The notes under the pieces are model-generated. The model had not been told where the DNA came from and ran no database searches. It saw only the letters and a program-made list of their open reading frames with translations. The position numbers and the translations under genes were made by a program. From IMG/VR virus record IMGVR_UViG_3300044957_000763, positions 1 through 64,000 of that record: DNA of 64,000 nt; one strand, written 5' to 3'. This document shows positions 45,301 through 55,601 of the stretch, piece by piece. Numbering within the stretch: the stretch's first letter is position 1; every line of letters begins with the position of its first letter.

Positions 45301-46705
45301 CATTGCAGATGAGGAAAACCTGAAGTTTAAGGTTATTATTCGACCAGACACATTCAGAATACAAGGAACATTGTATTCTCCTGTTTGGTATTTGAACATG
45401 CCTAAAGACGTAGAGGTAATTGTTCGCGCCCCGAGCCTGAATACAGGTGCATTTTCGAGACAATTGTGGGTGCGTACAGTTCCTGGAGAAGATGGCGGCG
45501 CAGTCACACAACGACTGTCTGTGTCTGCTGTTGGTCATCCAATAAGTGAGCGGGTTCACGTGGTTTTCAATGAGCGTGGAGAAATAGACGAGGACGAGCG
45601 CGGTGTAGAAGTGTTAACCCACCAAGCAGGAAGAAGCCAGCCACAGGACGTTAGTGTTGTTAAAGACAAAGACGACAATAAACTAAAGGGCACAGAAGCT
45701 AGTGTTTTTAGAACAAGCCTTTCTGGCGGTGACAAAAGCGGTTCAGTTGTTGGTGTATCTACTCAATTTGCTGACTCTGAGATAGCGACTGTAAATGTAG
45801 GGGCAAGTACCAAGCACGCTTATTCAGGAACATTCAGAACTGCTAATGCTGCGTTCAATTCTAGCACACTGAATCAACCAAGATACATTGGAGCAGGTTT
45901 GAAATTACATTCTACTGCGGCTTCACACAATGGAGACAAATGCTATGTTGTTGGATGGGTAGACGGAGGTGGACTAATTTTGCGCACTGCAACTTTAACG
46001 CAATCACAACGACAAGGCCCTGGCGGAATTGGTGATGTGTTTTTAATAGACGGTTCACCAGAATCAAGTATGCCATATGAGCAGGTACCAAGACCACCCA
46101 AAGGCGGCATTAGCGGTACAGTCAGCGAGGATTACGCCGCTGTGTTTGTAGACAGCAGAGACAGACCAACGGCTATTTACTCAGTTGTAGGCAGAGACGG
46201 AGAATTGATAGGAAGAACACTAGACAAAACCGGATTTGGTCGCGCTTTTGTGGTATGCAGTTTCAGACAGGGAGGTATATCTAACTCGTCTGAAACCCCA
46301 ATGGTATCGCCCGCCGCGGCGTTTAACGAGCATTATGACGAGGGTACAGTGGTGTTTTGGTCTAGCGGTAGATTGTTTGCCACACAAATTCCAAGTCAAA
46401 TGGATTCTGGCAAAACAGTTCTCAGACCAATACATCTCATTGCCGGAAGTAGTGACTTTACATCTGGTAGTACCGCAGATAATACATTTGCACAAATGCA
46501 ATCTGCTGGATATCTTGTAGTTACCAGGACAGATAAAGAAGATAATGTTTTACAACAACGTGCAGGTATCGTGGCACTTAGAACTCCACAATATTATGGT
46601 CAGACGGCCATATACTATGTGGCCGCAAATGGCGACCTGGTGTGCAGGCATTTAAGTCAGAGTGGGGGTGTTGGAAAAGCATTCAAACTCACAGAAATCA
46701 ACTAA
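42317..46705 (+). CDS. Large virion structural protein (1462 aa)
   Basis: ORF track; beta-rich; located in the baseplate/fibre cluster. Confidence 0.6.
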   Translation: MPYDPYQNPDNKPYVGNFNWVPTPREGLGGSVPGLSYRNLVLERGEFRNDAPVIGNSGNAVIEEPGGKVESAEGSEMYPITRAYRYVEDPYGYTGTIPTEPFIAHGEELSWAVQLPNNFDKVSGMTIQYRLTVDILDESIDPYLDEADLELVQAYREDPENNPYPDIEFPKYPWGMVRASLDIDGDGDEFPKPVNNVPSELMLTGFQGKSQPIRVLHIKFVGDGNENMPESYSVQKRIRISNRYSIPTLRIEIHKIQLFNAERVNISYEQTPTALLQYAYLVDFEFDPIRGTALWPNSSSEPNFHCKIFAPDENVAETGLAHSVYLKFLIFAIPAFGIAPGDFSLIGLLEDMANPKAFFCMFVGPRPGRRNAFYSLMARTNFTPGGRVVPLDLFPVRDDCVEIVIEKYTGSVSVSPPTTSSQYSTVYTYVLDTNNTYSDEGPMISPYLYLDKTENDNVAKSTDWFRVRQHLLSDIEFISAPFRSQAWSEKTSFKALTEPAITNSEPREYATRRVEMLGNLPNGPFSAPPIATFVVDDEKVFTNPIQIAPGAWRFKIRAQALDEQVTADIHLMARWWLVPSNIPSTATPEEIAAYRDTTEIYFDSVTSTDGSEKSTLKIGKPTNLRHVMITPALDSTIREYEVVRYIEQVEGGGTRLEIPSGDWKLAVGLYVLSEPTGDGSTTTPSLTAKTCPRVQVEFDPTYGYAEGTCLMSQSYALFPIRWLRYNSSRYQPYGGVTDPYSPLSIRETRFYGSDTNDDEFIVYDDTVRSYDPNSSTTAYYNLYTLRGGEEDDDIGFCIPYTVIPNTQTAEGQVKADFCANAENIAGGRVSNVRATGANTEAGTWKIEWSVDEDIDNESIKLDMRVEGFVVDVSGKITERIFRSPLVPFVSGQSNYEYETEITVPFVLTSSADSRLVLRFYAYPYSANGSPVKIDEIQALMGDTPVGMRITRAAIMKHTLETLQINQTPNFIGSPAFYENLDLVPPRSIGGNQFWYIADEENLKFKVIIRPDTFRIQGTLYSPVWYLNMPKDVEVIVRAPSLNTGAFSRQLWVRTVPGEDGGAVTQRLSVSAVGHPISERVHVVFNERGEIDEDERGVEVLTHQAGRSQPQDVSVVKDKDDNKLKGTEASVFRTSLSGGDKSGSVVGVSTQFADSEIATVNVGASTKHAYSGTFRTANAAFNSSTLNQPRYIGAGLKLHSTAASHNGDKCYVVGWVDGGGLILRTATLTQSQRQGPGGIGDVFLIDGSPESSMPYEQVPRPPKGGISGTVSEDYAAVFVDSRDRPTAIYSVVGRDGELIGRTLDKTGFGRAFVVCSFRQGGISNSSETPMVSPAAAFNEHYDEGTVVFWSSGRLFATQIPSQMDSGKTVLRPIHLIAGSSDFTSGSTADNTFAQMQSAGYLVVTRTDKEDNVLQQRAGIVALRTPQYYGQTAIYYVAANGDLVCRHLSQSGGVGKAFKLTEIN

Positions 46706-46748
46706 ATTACCATAATAGTCAGGTGATGCAATCACCAAAGGTGAAACA

Positions 46749-46955
46749 ATGATAAACTTTGATTGGAAAATTCTACTTGAGAGAGCGACAACGGTTGGAG
46801 TCGGCGCATTTTGTATGGGCTTCAGCAAGACATACGTGGAACTCAATGACACCAAGGCGGCATTCAGTGTCGGTATCGCTTGGTTTGTAGCTGGTGTTTT
46901 TGGAGGAGTCGCATACGACCAAATTAGGTATCGCGATTCTCGTCGGGGTTCCTAG
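46749..46955 (+). CDS. Small two-TM membrane protein (holin-like)
   Basis: 68 aa; two hydrophobic helices and a basic C-tail (RYRDSRRGS); AAAGGTG SD. Confidence 0.5.
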   Translation: MINFDWKILLERATTVGVGAFCMGFSKTYVELNDTKAAFSVGIAWFVAGVFGGVAYDQIRYRDSRRGS

Positions 46956-47493
46956 AAGGTCGCACTCCATACAACGGAGTATTAATTGCCTGGTTAAGAG
47001 ACCAGCCCAGATTGAGTCTCTTAACCAGGTCTTTTGTTTTTATCCCATTGGATTTTGCGATATCAGATAGCTTTTCTGGAGTCCCATTAAATTCAACAAC
47101 TGTAGATTGAGAATATGTGCAATGTTCTGGCTTGGGTCGACCATCAGACGGTGTAGTCATAGCTTTTTCAGCATCCCACCCACTCGCAATTCTCCCATAA
47201 ATCACATGATAATCTTTGACCTTACATAATACGTGATTATCAATGAACCATGCTATTGGTGCAACAACACTAAAGGCAGTAACATATTTGGTATTTCCCC
47301 TTCTTCTGGTTCGTATTTTGTGATTATATGGCACAAACTGTACATTGTCTGGTTCAAGAGGGTTCTCTTCAATCATTCGCTCAATCGAATGTCCTGATTT
47401 CCACCCAAGGCAATACATTGCTTCTATAAATGCATCTGGTGTATGTCGCCAGGCTGGCAACACATCAGATAGGTCTGGTTTAGATTTTGACAA
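46924..47493 (-). CDS. Degenerate HNH homing-endonuclease-like protein with two C-terminal HTH repeats
   Basis: GHSIERMIEENPLEPDNVQF corresponds to 'SIDRIDndgnYEPgNcrW'; GRIASGWDAEKAMTTP and KRLNLGWSLNQAINTP repeats. Confidence 0.65.
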   Translation of the reverse strand: MSKSKPDLSDVLPAWRHTPDAFIEAMYCLGWKSGHSIERMIEENPLEPDNVQFVPYNHKIRTRRRGNTKYVTAFSVVAPIAWFIDNHVLCKVKDYHVIYGRIASGWDAEKAMTTPSDGRPKPEHCTYSQSTVVEFNGTPEKLSDIAKSNGIKTKDLVKRLNLGWSLNQAINTPLYGVRPSRNPDENRDT

Positions 47494-47587
47494 GCATAAA
47501 TACCATTGTCGCCTTAATGCTGCATGTTGGTTATCGTTAGTTTTTGAATCACACTGTGTATTATGTACGCTGTGTACAAATAGAACT

Positions 47588-50500
47588 ATGGCAGGCTCAT
47601 TTAAGCCAAAAGAATTGAGGGGGCAGTGTATGCTCGGTGCAATCCTATTACCAAGACCAGGAACAAGTGGTGGTACTAATGCACAAGGATTTGTTCAAGA
47701 TGAAGAAACTCGTACAATTTCGAGGAACTTCATTACCAGCATGCGCAACCCACACCAAGGAAGGCCTTCAACAGCAGAAGAGCTAATTATTTCCATGCGC
47801 TTAAATTCTGTCCCAAATTGTAGCGGTGGAATTATGCCATACGCAAACATGAATCTTGGCGCACCTATGTGTACATTCGCATATGGAGGAGTGCCATTAG
47901 ATGAAGTAAGTGCGTATTACGATTTGATTAAAGGGCCAACAACAACAGACACCACGTATGACAATCAAAAGTATGAACCAGAATATGATTCAGAGGCAAC
48001 TGTTTCTGATGCAGTTTCTGGGGATTATGACGATTTACCACCAGAAACCACAACTCAAATTTTTGGCATACCAAATCCTACAATTCCAGCATCGTTTCGT
48101 ACTGTTTTTGACTCACTAGGTGATGAAAAACCTACATTGCGCTCAACATATAATATCTGGAAGCGGATTAGTCCAGCAGAAATTGAAAACACCAATTTGA
48201 TAAAGAACCAAGGACCAACCGGAGATTTATTTTCACAAATCCCTGGCGATAATTCGATGTTTTTGGATGTCTATGGCAACTGCACGCTCAAACGAATATT
48301 TCCAATCAGTAAAGATTACATGTATACCGGGCATGTAGATGATACAGATGTTTCAGAGAGCACTAAGTCTGTGCTAGTTTACCCCGCTGATAAATTGTTC
48401 AAAGTGTCGTCAAGGCGCGTTCAAATGGCATCGAGTCCAAACTCTGGGTTTCAAATGCATTTCTGGTGCGGCAGACCTCGAACCAACGTTGTGACAGAAA
48501 ACAACGATGCATTTGATGGCAGTATTGTCATAGAATGGGGCGACGAAGATGCCGGCGAATCAGAAGACCTGATTACAGTGTCAAGATTCAGGTTGACACT
48601 AACGGTTAACCAGCAACCAAAGTTGGAATATTATCATCCGCGCTCGAGGCAATTTGAGACATTCTCTATTATTGGACCTGTGTTTGCCCAAGGACAAAAC
48701 GAATCACAATACAGTGTATTTGTGCATTATATTGGCTCGGTTATGTTAATTGGTTTTGAACCCAATCCACTGACATGGAATTGCTTTAGTGCACCATTAA
48801 GCGATGAACAAATAGATGACGCCAATACTCAATTTCCTATTTACGTATCAGACCGAGCTACTATTAGCGCAACATTCAGATACATCAACACAAAATTCCA
48901 ATATGGCCCTATAGGATTCAACAACTATCATCCAGAGCTTATTGCGGCTGACGGTCTTAATGATGACATTGAAGACCTCGGGTTTGTCCGTGCTGATTTT
49001 TCAACAACACCAAGTAAGTCTGAAACAATTCAACCAAACTTACTCAATGATTTTTTCCAACAACACAGAATGCGAGAACCAAAGGAAACTGAAGAAGAAG
49101 ACGAACTAAAAGCTGCGCCGACTTATTATGCAGATTGGCGACGAAGAACAGTAGAGCAAGGACCTGAACTGGTGTATTACGGCCAGTTAACTACACCAAC
49201 AGACGAGCAACTTTCAGTGAATCCAAGAACGCCAGCAATTTGTCGTGGAATTGTTAGTTTTAATACGACACTTGAAGGACCGATGTTCTTTTATGTCAAA
49301 CCAAGACCTGTACCCATCGACCCCGAGCCACTTATTAAGCAGTTTGTGAAATGGGGTGATATTTCAACATATATGTCAGAGTGGGATGTAACTTATAGTC
49401 TTGAAAACGATAACGCATCCAGACTAAAAGGGAAAGCCAGGGTTAATTTGCTCAATCTAGCGGCGACTCAATTTGGTCGAAAGGTTCTGGCATTTTTGAA
49501 CGAGAATAAGCCAGCTATAACACTTGGTGGTGGTTTTGGGTCTCCAAAAACATACTTTCAAGGTCAGGTGGTTCAGACAACAACAAGGCGCAGACCCGAT
49601 GGCACAACACTAACGGTATTAGAGTGTGATGACATAGCCAGTGTTCTTACTGAAAACAGTGGTTTTAGACAGTCTATTTACTTTGCAGGTGCAAAGTACA
49701 ATGATATCATTCGCACGTGTATGGAGCACACTGGGCTTATTGACTGGTATCGTGAACAAGAACAAGTGTTTGGTTCCACCGATGACCCAGAGCAAGACGA
49801 AATAGGACTGCAATCCTTTCGAGATGCAATTGAAATACGATTAGCAACAACCAGCAATCATCCGGCTTTGTCCACACCAGTTATTAGCGGTGACCCGGCA
49901 AAGTCTATTTCAGATGTCATAGACCCAATTTTGAATCTAGTTTTGAATACTAATGCTATACCTGTGTACTACTGGGATTACAATACTGGTTACATCAGAC
50001 TTGATTGGAGATTTGACAATGCGTATGTTGACGCTTTAGAGTTTGTTGGAACACCTAATGAAGACAATGTCACATTTTTACCAAATGTGAGTGCCGAACA
50101 CATGCATGGCGTTCTTACCGGAGATTACACAGAAGTTACTTCAAATGCGTATATCTACACAGATTTTATGATTGTAGGCACCACAATTTACGGAGAGACA
50201 TCTCAGGCAATTGAACCAGAAGATAGGAATAGTAATGCGTATTCTCAATCAACACTTAACCTTATCAATCAGTCATTTGAGAACAACGAACCATTACCCG
50301 AGAACATTGGATATGTTGGTTATCCAAAATGGTATGTTGAACTTGACAAGCAAAGGTCATTGTTGACCAAGGATGCATTGCGTCGCAGAGCGAAAACAAT
50401 ATATGATGTACGTCGAAAGTCTTATCAAACTATCAACTTTAGTTGTTACGTGACTAGACCTTTGATGCATCAAGGGCGATTTTACTTGAAAACGATGGTT

Positions 50501-50671
50501 GGTCAAAATACTGCAATCAACACCGATATGTACTTCTACCGAGAGGTCTCGTACAAGTTTGATAAGCAGGCTAACACCATAACAGCATCTATTCAAGGAG
50601 AAACCTTCCCGATTATCACTGCTGACGCATTGGTAGCGGCAGCCCCGGCCAACGCAACACCAGGTACATAA
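47588..50671 (+). CDS. Baseplate hub-like virion protein (1027 aa; start corrected to ATG 47588)
   Basis: C-half SEWDVTY...KGKARVNL...YFQGQVVQTTT...TVLECDD resembles hub/late-control-D folds; upstream in-frame part overlaps the HNH-like gene. Confidence 0.5.
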   Translation: MAGSFKPKELRGQCMLGAILLPRPGTSGGTNAQGFVQDEETRTISRNFITSMRNPHQGRPSTAEELIISMRLNSVPNCSGGIMPYANMNLGAPMCTFAYGGVPLDEVSAYYDLIKGPTTTDTTYDNQKYEPEYDSEATVSDAVSGDYDDLPPETTTQIFGIPNPTIPASFRTVFDSLGDEKPTLRSTYNIWKRISPAEIENTNLIKNQGPTGDLFSQIPGDNSMFLDVYGNCTLKRIFPISKDYMYTGHVDDTDVSESTKSVLVYPADKLFKVSSRRVQMASSPNSGFQMHFWCGRPRTNVVTENNDAFDGSIVIEWGDEDAGESEDLITVSRFRLTLTVNQQPKLEYYHPRSRQFETFSIIGPVFAQGQNESQYSVFVHYIGSVMLIGFEPNPLTWNCFSAPLSDEQIDDANTQFPIYVSDRATISATFRYINTKFQYGPIGFNNYHPELIAADGLNDDIEDLGFVRADFSTTPSKSETIQPNLLNDFFQQHRMREPKETEEEDELKAAPTYYADWRRRTVEQGPELVYYGQLTTPTDEQLSVNPRTPAICRGIVSFNTTLEGPMFFYVKPRPVPIDPEPLIKQFVKWGDISTYMSEWDVTYSLENDNASRLKGKARVNLLNLAATQFGRKVLAFLNENKPAITLGGGFGSPKTYFQGQVVQTTTRRRPDGTTLTVLECDDIASVLTENSGFRQSIYFAGAKYNDIIRTCMEHTGLIDWYREQEQVFGSTDDPEQDEIGLQSFRDAIEIRLATTSNHPALSTPVISGDPAKSISDVIDPILNLVLNTNAIPVYYWDYNTGYIRLDWRFDNAYVDALEFVGTPNEDNVTFLPNVSAEHMHGVLTGDYTEVTSNAYIYTDFMIVGTTIYGETSQAIEPEDRNSNAYSQSTLNLINQSFENNEPLPENIGYVGYPKWYVELDKQRSLLTKDALRRRAKTIYDVRRKSYQTINFSCYVTRPLMHQGRFYLKTMVGQNTAINTDMYFYREVSYKFDKQANTITASIQGETFPIITADALVAAAPANATPGT

Positions 50672-50672
50672 T

Positions 50673-50924
50673 ATGTCTAGATTCCGTTCACTTAGCGAAG
50701 CAGTTAGATATCACGTTGAAAACGTGATTAACGTCAACGATATATCGCAGGCGTTGCCTATGTCTGTGCATTCTGGTCAGGCTAAAATTCTGGACGAAGG
50801 TTCTGGTTTCGCCGCAAATAGTGTGATGAGATGGGGCACATCAACTTTTGGAGTTGAACCCGTGACCGGATATTTGTTTCCAGGCCAGTTATCGACATCT
50901 GAAGACAGCGGGGGCAATATATGA
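50673..50924 (+). CDS. Small hypothetical virion protein (83 aa)
   Basis: ORF track; coupled to neighbours. Confidence 0.55.
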   Translation: MSRFRSLSEAVRYHVENVINVNDISQALPMSVHSGQAKILDEGSGFAANSVMRWGTSTFGVEPVTGYLFPGQLSTSEDSGGNI

Positions 50925-53900
50925 CAATACCAGAAACAGCCATTTATAAACTGGGGTACCTTACTCCATATGCTCAAATTGGTGGAAACGACCTCACGAT
51001 GGACGAGAGGCGTTTTCAAACTATTGAGCGTCAACTATATTGGTTGTTTGATATCTTTGGTAATGGTATCATTGATGACGACCCAGACAACCCAAGTTGG
51101 TACATTCTCAATGTGACTGGTGAGAACAAGTCACGACAGGTGACTATTACACCAGGTCGAGGCCACGTATCTTGGAAGAGCTGTGTTACTACAAGTTCGT
51201 ATACGCTTGATATTCCAGCACCGCCGAATCTTGGCACAAATCAATCGTTTACATACTACATTTATGCAGAAGCCAACAAAACCACACCACACAGGCAAAC
51301 TGTAAAGTTCTTTGCTTCAAACACTGAATTGTCAGACCTAGACAGATTTGTTGGACTTGGGTGTGTTGTTGCAACTCAAACTAGCAATGGCATTGTTCTA
51401 ACACCCAACAATACCGCAGAGTGTGGGCGCGTTGAGATATCACTATTCTCAACCATTGCAAGTATTGTCAATCGACACAAGCACATTGGCGGTTCGAGAA
51501 ATCCGTCACCTATTGATTTGCGCAAACATGTACAGGGCAAGTTGTCTGGTGATTTTATTGAAGACGGTGACCTGTCGAAGTTTACAAAAGGCACGCTTGA
51601 TGCCGAAAGACTACCACAAATAGACCATAATACGCTAACTCGAAGGGGCACACTAACACACGCAGAGATAGACAGTCTGCTTGCGGCCCTTGAGATAGAT
51701 TACAGCGACAGATTGTCCGACCTTTTTGGTGTCAATATACTCCAATTTGGCTTAGCCGCTAAAAAGCGAGACGGCTGGAGCGACATTGACGCCAAGACCG
51801 TTAACGCAATTCTATATGTGCCAGGGGTAACCCCAGACAGTTATGCTTCATACTATGAAGACTATGCATCTTATGGTCTTGTTGGAATTGGCGAACCATA
51901 TGTACCAAACAATATTGAACTTGCTATCATTGATAAAGACAATAGAGAGATTAGAGGAAGTCTTAGCAGTCCAATCAATAGCGACGCAATTGCATGGATA
52001 ACAGACACTGATTTCACAACTGCGTTGAATTTAGGATTGACCCGTGTTATATCTCCAGAACCGGAAACAAGGAATATTGAGGTAACAGGTGATGGTATTG
52101 ATGGTGGAATTACCATTGAAAGACCCCTGAACTACAACCGAGTAGCCACAAATGATTTCACCGACTGGACAACGGCATATATTTTCACAGATAACGTCAC
52201 TAAATTGCCAGTTTCTCCGCCGCCGGCACAAATCAGTGATGACTATGATGTTAGGCGACATCTTTATTACGAGTTTGGTTCTAGTGAAGACTGGACTGAT
52301 AAAACAAAAATCATGGTTGGGTACAACCTTGGAATTGAAAATGTTCAAGGTGATATCTATATGTATCTATTGTTGGAATCAGGCGGAACATCAGAACAAG
52401 TTGTCACTACAGCAGGCGCAGAAGTAACTTTGATGTTGTCCAAGTTAGTGAAAATTCATGATGCTGATGATGAGACTGGAGATGATTTGTTTGCGGTCAA
52501 GAATCTTGCTGAATTCATCAATCAGCCCACAGAGCTTTTGAATGTAAACGGTATTGGATTTATTTGGGATACTGAATATGGATGGGATGTCAAAGAGATG
52601 ACATTCGAACTAAATGTACCGGATGAAACTGATATCCCTGACACCAGAGTAGTTGAATATAGAGCAAGTTTGCCGGATACAACAGGAACGATATTTACAT
52701 GGAATGATACATACTACGCGGACTCTGCAAGATTAGTATTTAGATTCGATTCAAATTACGAATTGACTCAGTATGATACGATTGTTTGGACTTCGGACAT
52801 TGAATCATATGTTACGGTTCAAACCAGGGTAGCTGAAACCGAAGAGGAACTAGCAACCGCAAACAAATATCTTGTCATTGGTGGCATCATCAATCCATCT
52901 GGAAACACTGGTACATGGATTGACATTATTGTAGAACTTCGCAGTTCGACAGATAACCTTACTGCACCATTTGTTGATGATTTGGCGCTTCAATTTAGAA
53001 GTCCTGGTGCCTCGAATACGAAAATTTGGGACAGAAAGATACCAGCAGAGGGTGAAAACATTGCCGCATGGAACAAAGCCAGCGCATTCGTCAATGTTAT
53101 CTGTGACCCAGATACTGGAACCCCACCTAACGACTTGAAAATTGCCGATGTTACACACGTTGGTGAATGGAGATTCATTAGGGGCAACAACATATATGCT
53201 GATTTTGATTCTGGAGGAGACCCAGAAGAGACATATTCAGATGGACAAGAACTGCCAGTGTCACCAATGCAAGTTTGGGAAGGCAGTGTATCACAAGGGT
53301 ACTCCTCTCCTGTTGACACAGTATACCTTGACGATTCTGTAATCGTTGCTGATACTGCCAATGACCGTGTCGCACACGTAAACTTAGACGAGACAATTGA
53401 ATTGGTTATTCAGGGTAATTTAAGGCTTAGAAAAGAAGAAAGAGCCTTAGCGGCCCTCTGTGCTTACTACAATCCAACTCGAGGCAGATTGTGGGTCATG
53501 TTTAGTCAAAATATCAACGTGTCAGCCCGAGAAAAAATGGCATTGACCAGTGGGCTTGATTCAATCAATTTTGGAGACTCGAGTGTTAACGTAGTACTAT
53601 TTGGTCCGGATACACTTAGTAAGAGCGCAACTCTTGAGGTGCGATTTAGTGCAGCACAAGTCGCGCAAATCAATGCATGGACTGATAGTATCAAACTGGT
53701 TATCAACGATGGAGCGATTACAGATGCTGGGGTCAGCAGTGGTGACGAACAAGACCCAGGTTCTGGAGGCAGTTCTGGAGGCAGTTCTGGAGGGAGTTCT
53801 GGAGGCGGTTCTGGAGGTGGTTTTGGCGGGCCAGGGGGTCTGTCAGATTGCGGATTGCCAGACTGGCTAAAGGACGGATATGGTGTCCTTTTTGGTCCGT

Positions 53901-54574
53901 TAAATGGTATTGGGTATATTCCAGCTACCACATGCCCTTTAACTGCTGAAGATGGATTAAGCGTACCTGACGACACCGATGATACAGATGGTGTGTTTGA
54001 CCCTAATGAAACCAGGCTACAGGGTCCGGGCGGACAGGTTGGCACCGTCATTCTTGACGTATATGTCGGAAATGTTATGTTAGACAACTTGTATAGCCCA
54101 CAATCTGTTCAGTACACCGCTGAAGAAGATTATGTGGTGGGAACTGGTGGAACAAGGTCTATTATCGCATATGGGCCTACTGGAGACCGGTCATGGACTA
54201 TTAGTTCGTCTGTGATTGCACTACCAGAGGGTCGTGGTGGTTCTGCTTATGAACTATCGACTGGAAATATCTTAGTAGCTGCACCAGCGCCTGGTAGTGA
54301 CACCAGTGGTAGGCTGGCGATTATTAGTCGCACCGCCGGAAATATTCCGCTAGTAGACTTGTCAATTTCTGGAGACCCAGTAAGAGCATTGCCAGACTCA
54401 GACGGGGTTCATTATTGGGTAGTGATATATGACAGAGTTGGTGGTGGTAAGACATCGCGCCTAATGCGCATGACTGCACAGGGTAATACCAATTTGATTT
54501 GGGGGGTTGGAACGCTTGTAAAGCCGACTGGACTTTCATTATTGCCAAACGGAGACGTTTTAGTATCGGAGTAA
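50921..54574 (+). CDS. Large virion protein (1217 aa) with NHL-like beta-propeller segments
   Basis: DHNTLTRRGTLTHAEID fibre-type motif; VIVADTANDRV, GNILVA, PTGLSLLPNGDVLVSE. Confidence 0.6.
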   Translation: MTIPETAIYKLGYLTPYAQIGGNDLTMDERRFQTIERQLYWLFDIFGNGIIDDDPDNPSWYILNVTGENKSRQVTITPGRGHVSWKSCVTTSSYTLDIPAPPNLGTNQSFTYYIYAEANKTTPHRQTVKFFASNTELSDLDRFVGLGCVVATQTSNGIVLTPNNTAECGRVEISLFSTIASIVNRHKHIGGSRNPSPIDLRKHVQGKLSGDFIEDGDLSKFTKGTLDAERLPQIDHNTLTRRGTLTHAEIDSLLAALEIDYSDRLSDLFGVNILQFGLAAKKRDGWSDIDAKTVNAILYVPGVTPDSYASYYEDYASYGLVGIGEPYVPNNIELAIIDKDNREIRGSLSSPINSDAIAWITDTDFTTALNLGLTRVISPEPETRNIEVTGDGIDGGITIERPLNYNRVATNDFTDWTTAYIFTDNVTKLPVSPPPAQISDDYDVRRHLYYEFGSSEDWTDKTKIMVGYNLGIENVQGDIYMYLLLESGGTSEQVVTTAGAEVTLMLSKLVKIHDADDETGDDLFAVKNLAEFINQPTELLNVNGIGFIWDTEYGWDVKEMTFELNVPDETDIPDTRVVEYRASLPDTTGTIFTWNDTYYADSARLVFRFDSNYELTQYDTIVWTSDIESYVTVQTRVAETEEELATANKYLVIGGIINPSGNTGTWIDIIVELRSSTDNLTAPFVDDLALQFRSPGASNTKIWDRKIPAEGENIAAWNKASAFVNVICDPDTGTPPNDLKIADVTHVGEWRFIRGNNIYADFDSGGDPEETYSDGQELPVSPMQVWEGSVSQGYSSPVDTVYLDDSVIVADTANDRVAHVNLDETIELVIQGNLRLRKEERALAALCAYYNPTRGRLWVMFSQNINVSAREKMALTSGLDSINFGDSSVNVVLFGPDTLSKSATLEVRFSAAQVAQINAWTDSIKLVINDGAITDAGVSSGDEQDPGSGGSSGGSSGGSSGGGSGGGFGGPGGLSDCGLPDWLKDGYGVLFGPLNGIGYIPATTCPLTAEDGLSVPDDTDDTDGVFDPNETRLQGPGGQVGTVILDVYVGNVMLDNLYSPQSVQYTAEEDYVVGTGGTRSIIAYGPTGDRSWTISSSVIALPEGRGGSAYELSTGNILVAAPAPGSDTSGRLAIISRTAGNIPLVDLSISGDPVRALPDSDGVHYWVVIYDRVGGGKTSRLMRMTAQGNTNLIWGVGTLVKPTGLSLLPNGDVLVSE
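53761..53820 (+). repeat. 12-nt tandem repeat x5 encoding a (Ser-Gly-Gly-Ser) linker
   Basis: ttctggaggcag units with single-base variants. Confidence 0.9.
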
Positions 54575-54575
54575 T

Positions 54576-55553
54576 ATGGACTTTAGCATTTTTGCCCAAA
54601 AAGACAATTCACTGTTGAATATCAGTGTTGAAAACTCACAAGAGACATTGATTAAATTCGCAATTCGCAACATGACAGACGCTCAAATTATGTCTGTGAA
54701 AGGTGGCGACTCTATCAATATCCGCAATGGCGATTTAAGCATTATCATATTCAAACACGATGACACAGTCGTGGTTCAATTTACAAACAAAACAGCATCT
54801 CCAGAGGGGCAAACACTGCAATTCAATGATGATATTGAAGCGATTGAAAACAACTCGTTTAGTGTAAGCGGTATTTTCGTACTATGTGAAAGAAGCACGT
54901 GTATGGTATCTAACAATCAACTCAGTATATATCCAAGCGGTACTCACTCAATTGTAACGCTTTATATGCCCAATGATGCTGCAAAAGCTATGACAAACAT
55001 TATTGCTATGAATGTTAAAGCAATGTCTAGCGGAACTTATGTTGTTACAAGCAATGGCGTGTTGCCAGAATTCTCAATTGCAGTATTTGATGATGTGTCG
55101 AGGACTGTGCCACGACCAATGCGTCTCGGTGTTCCAGTGATTTCAACTGTTCCAATATATCGCGCAGGACTCAGTGAGTCAGAACTTCAGGTGATAGAAA
55201 TAGGACTTGGTACTAAAAAGCGCACAATGTATTTCAAAATTATCTCCAACGTTGTTATCCCAGATGATGTTGAGCCTGTATTGCATATTTATCTACCCGC
55301 TGGGCTCGACACTGTTGATGAACCAGTTTCGGTAGAGATGACACGGCAAGTGTCTACAGATAGCACACGGTCGGTGTTTTATGCATCGTATGCATTCCAC
55401 AAAGAAGACACGCTCAATTATGTAGATGGATTCGCATACTTTTCAGTTTATATGCCAATGGAAATCAACACAGATTTACCTGTTGCTATGGCCGTTACCG
55501 CAACCGGTGCAGAAATTACAGACCAATATGAAGACAGTCCTCTTTTGGGTTAA
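54576..55553 (+). CDS. Hypothetical virion protein (325 aa)
   Basis: ORF track. Confidence 0.55.
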   Translation: MDFSIFAQKDNSLLNISVENSQETLIKFAIRNMTDAQIMSVKGGDSINIRNGDLSIIIFKHDDTVVVQFTNKTASPEGQTLQFNDDIEAIENNSFSVSGIFVLCERSTCMVSNNQLSIYPSGTHSIVTLYMPNDAAKAMTNIIAMNVKAMSSGTYVVTSNGVLPEFSIAVFDDVSRTVPRPMRLGVPVISTVPIYRAGLSESELQVIEIGLGTKKRTMYFKIISNVVIPDDVEPVLHIYLPAGLDTVDEPVSVEMTRQVSTDSTRSVFYASYAFHKEDTLNYVDGFAYFSVYMPMEINTDLPVAMAVTATGAEITDQYEDSPLLG

Positions 55554-55601
55554 TGTGGACAAACAATACTGTAAAATGATTGTGTGTGGTGATATTATCG
55601 A

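Noticed and set aside
47345-47587. N-terminal 81 aa of track ORF 47345..50671
   Set aside because: It overlaps the antisense HNH-like gene and is Cys/Arg-rich noise; ATG 47588 follows the TGTACAA motif.
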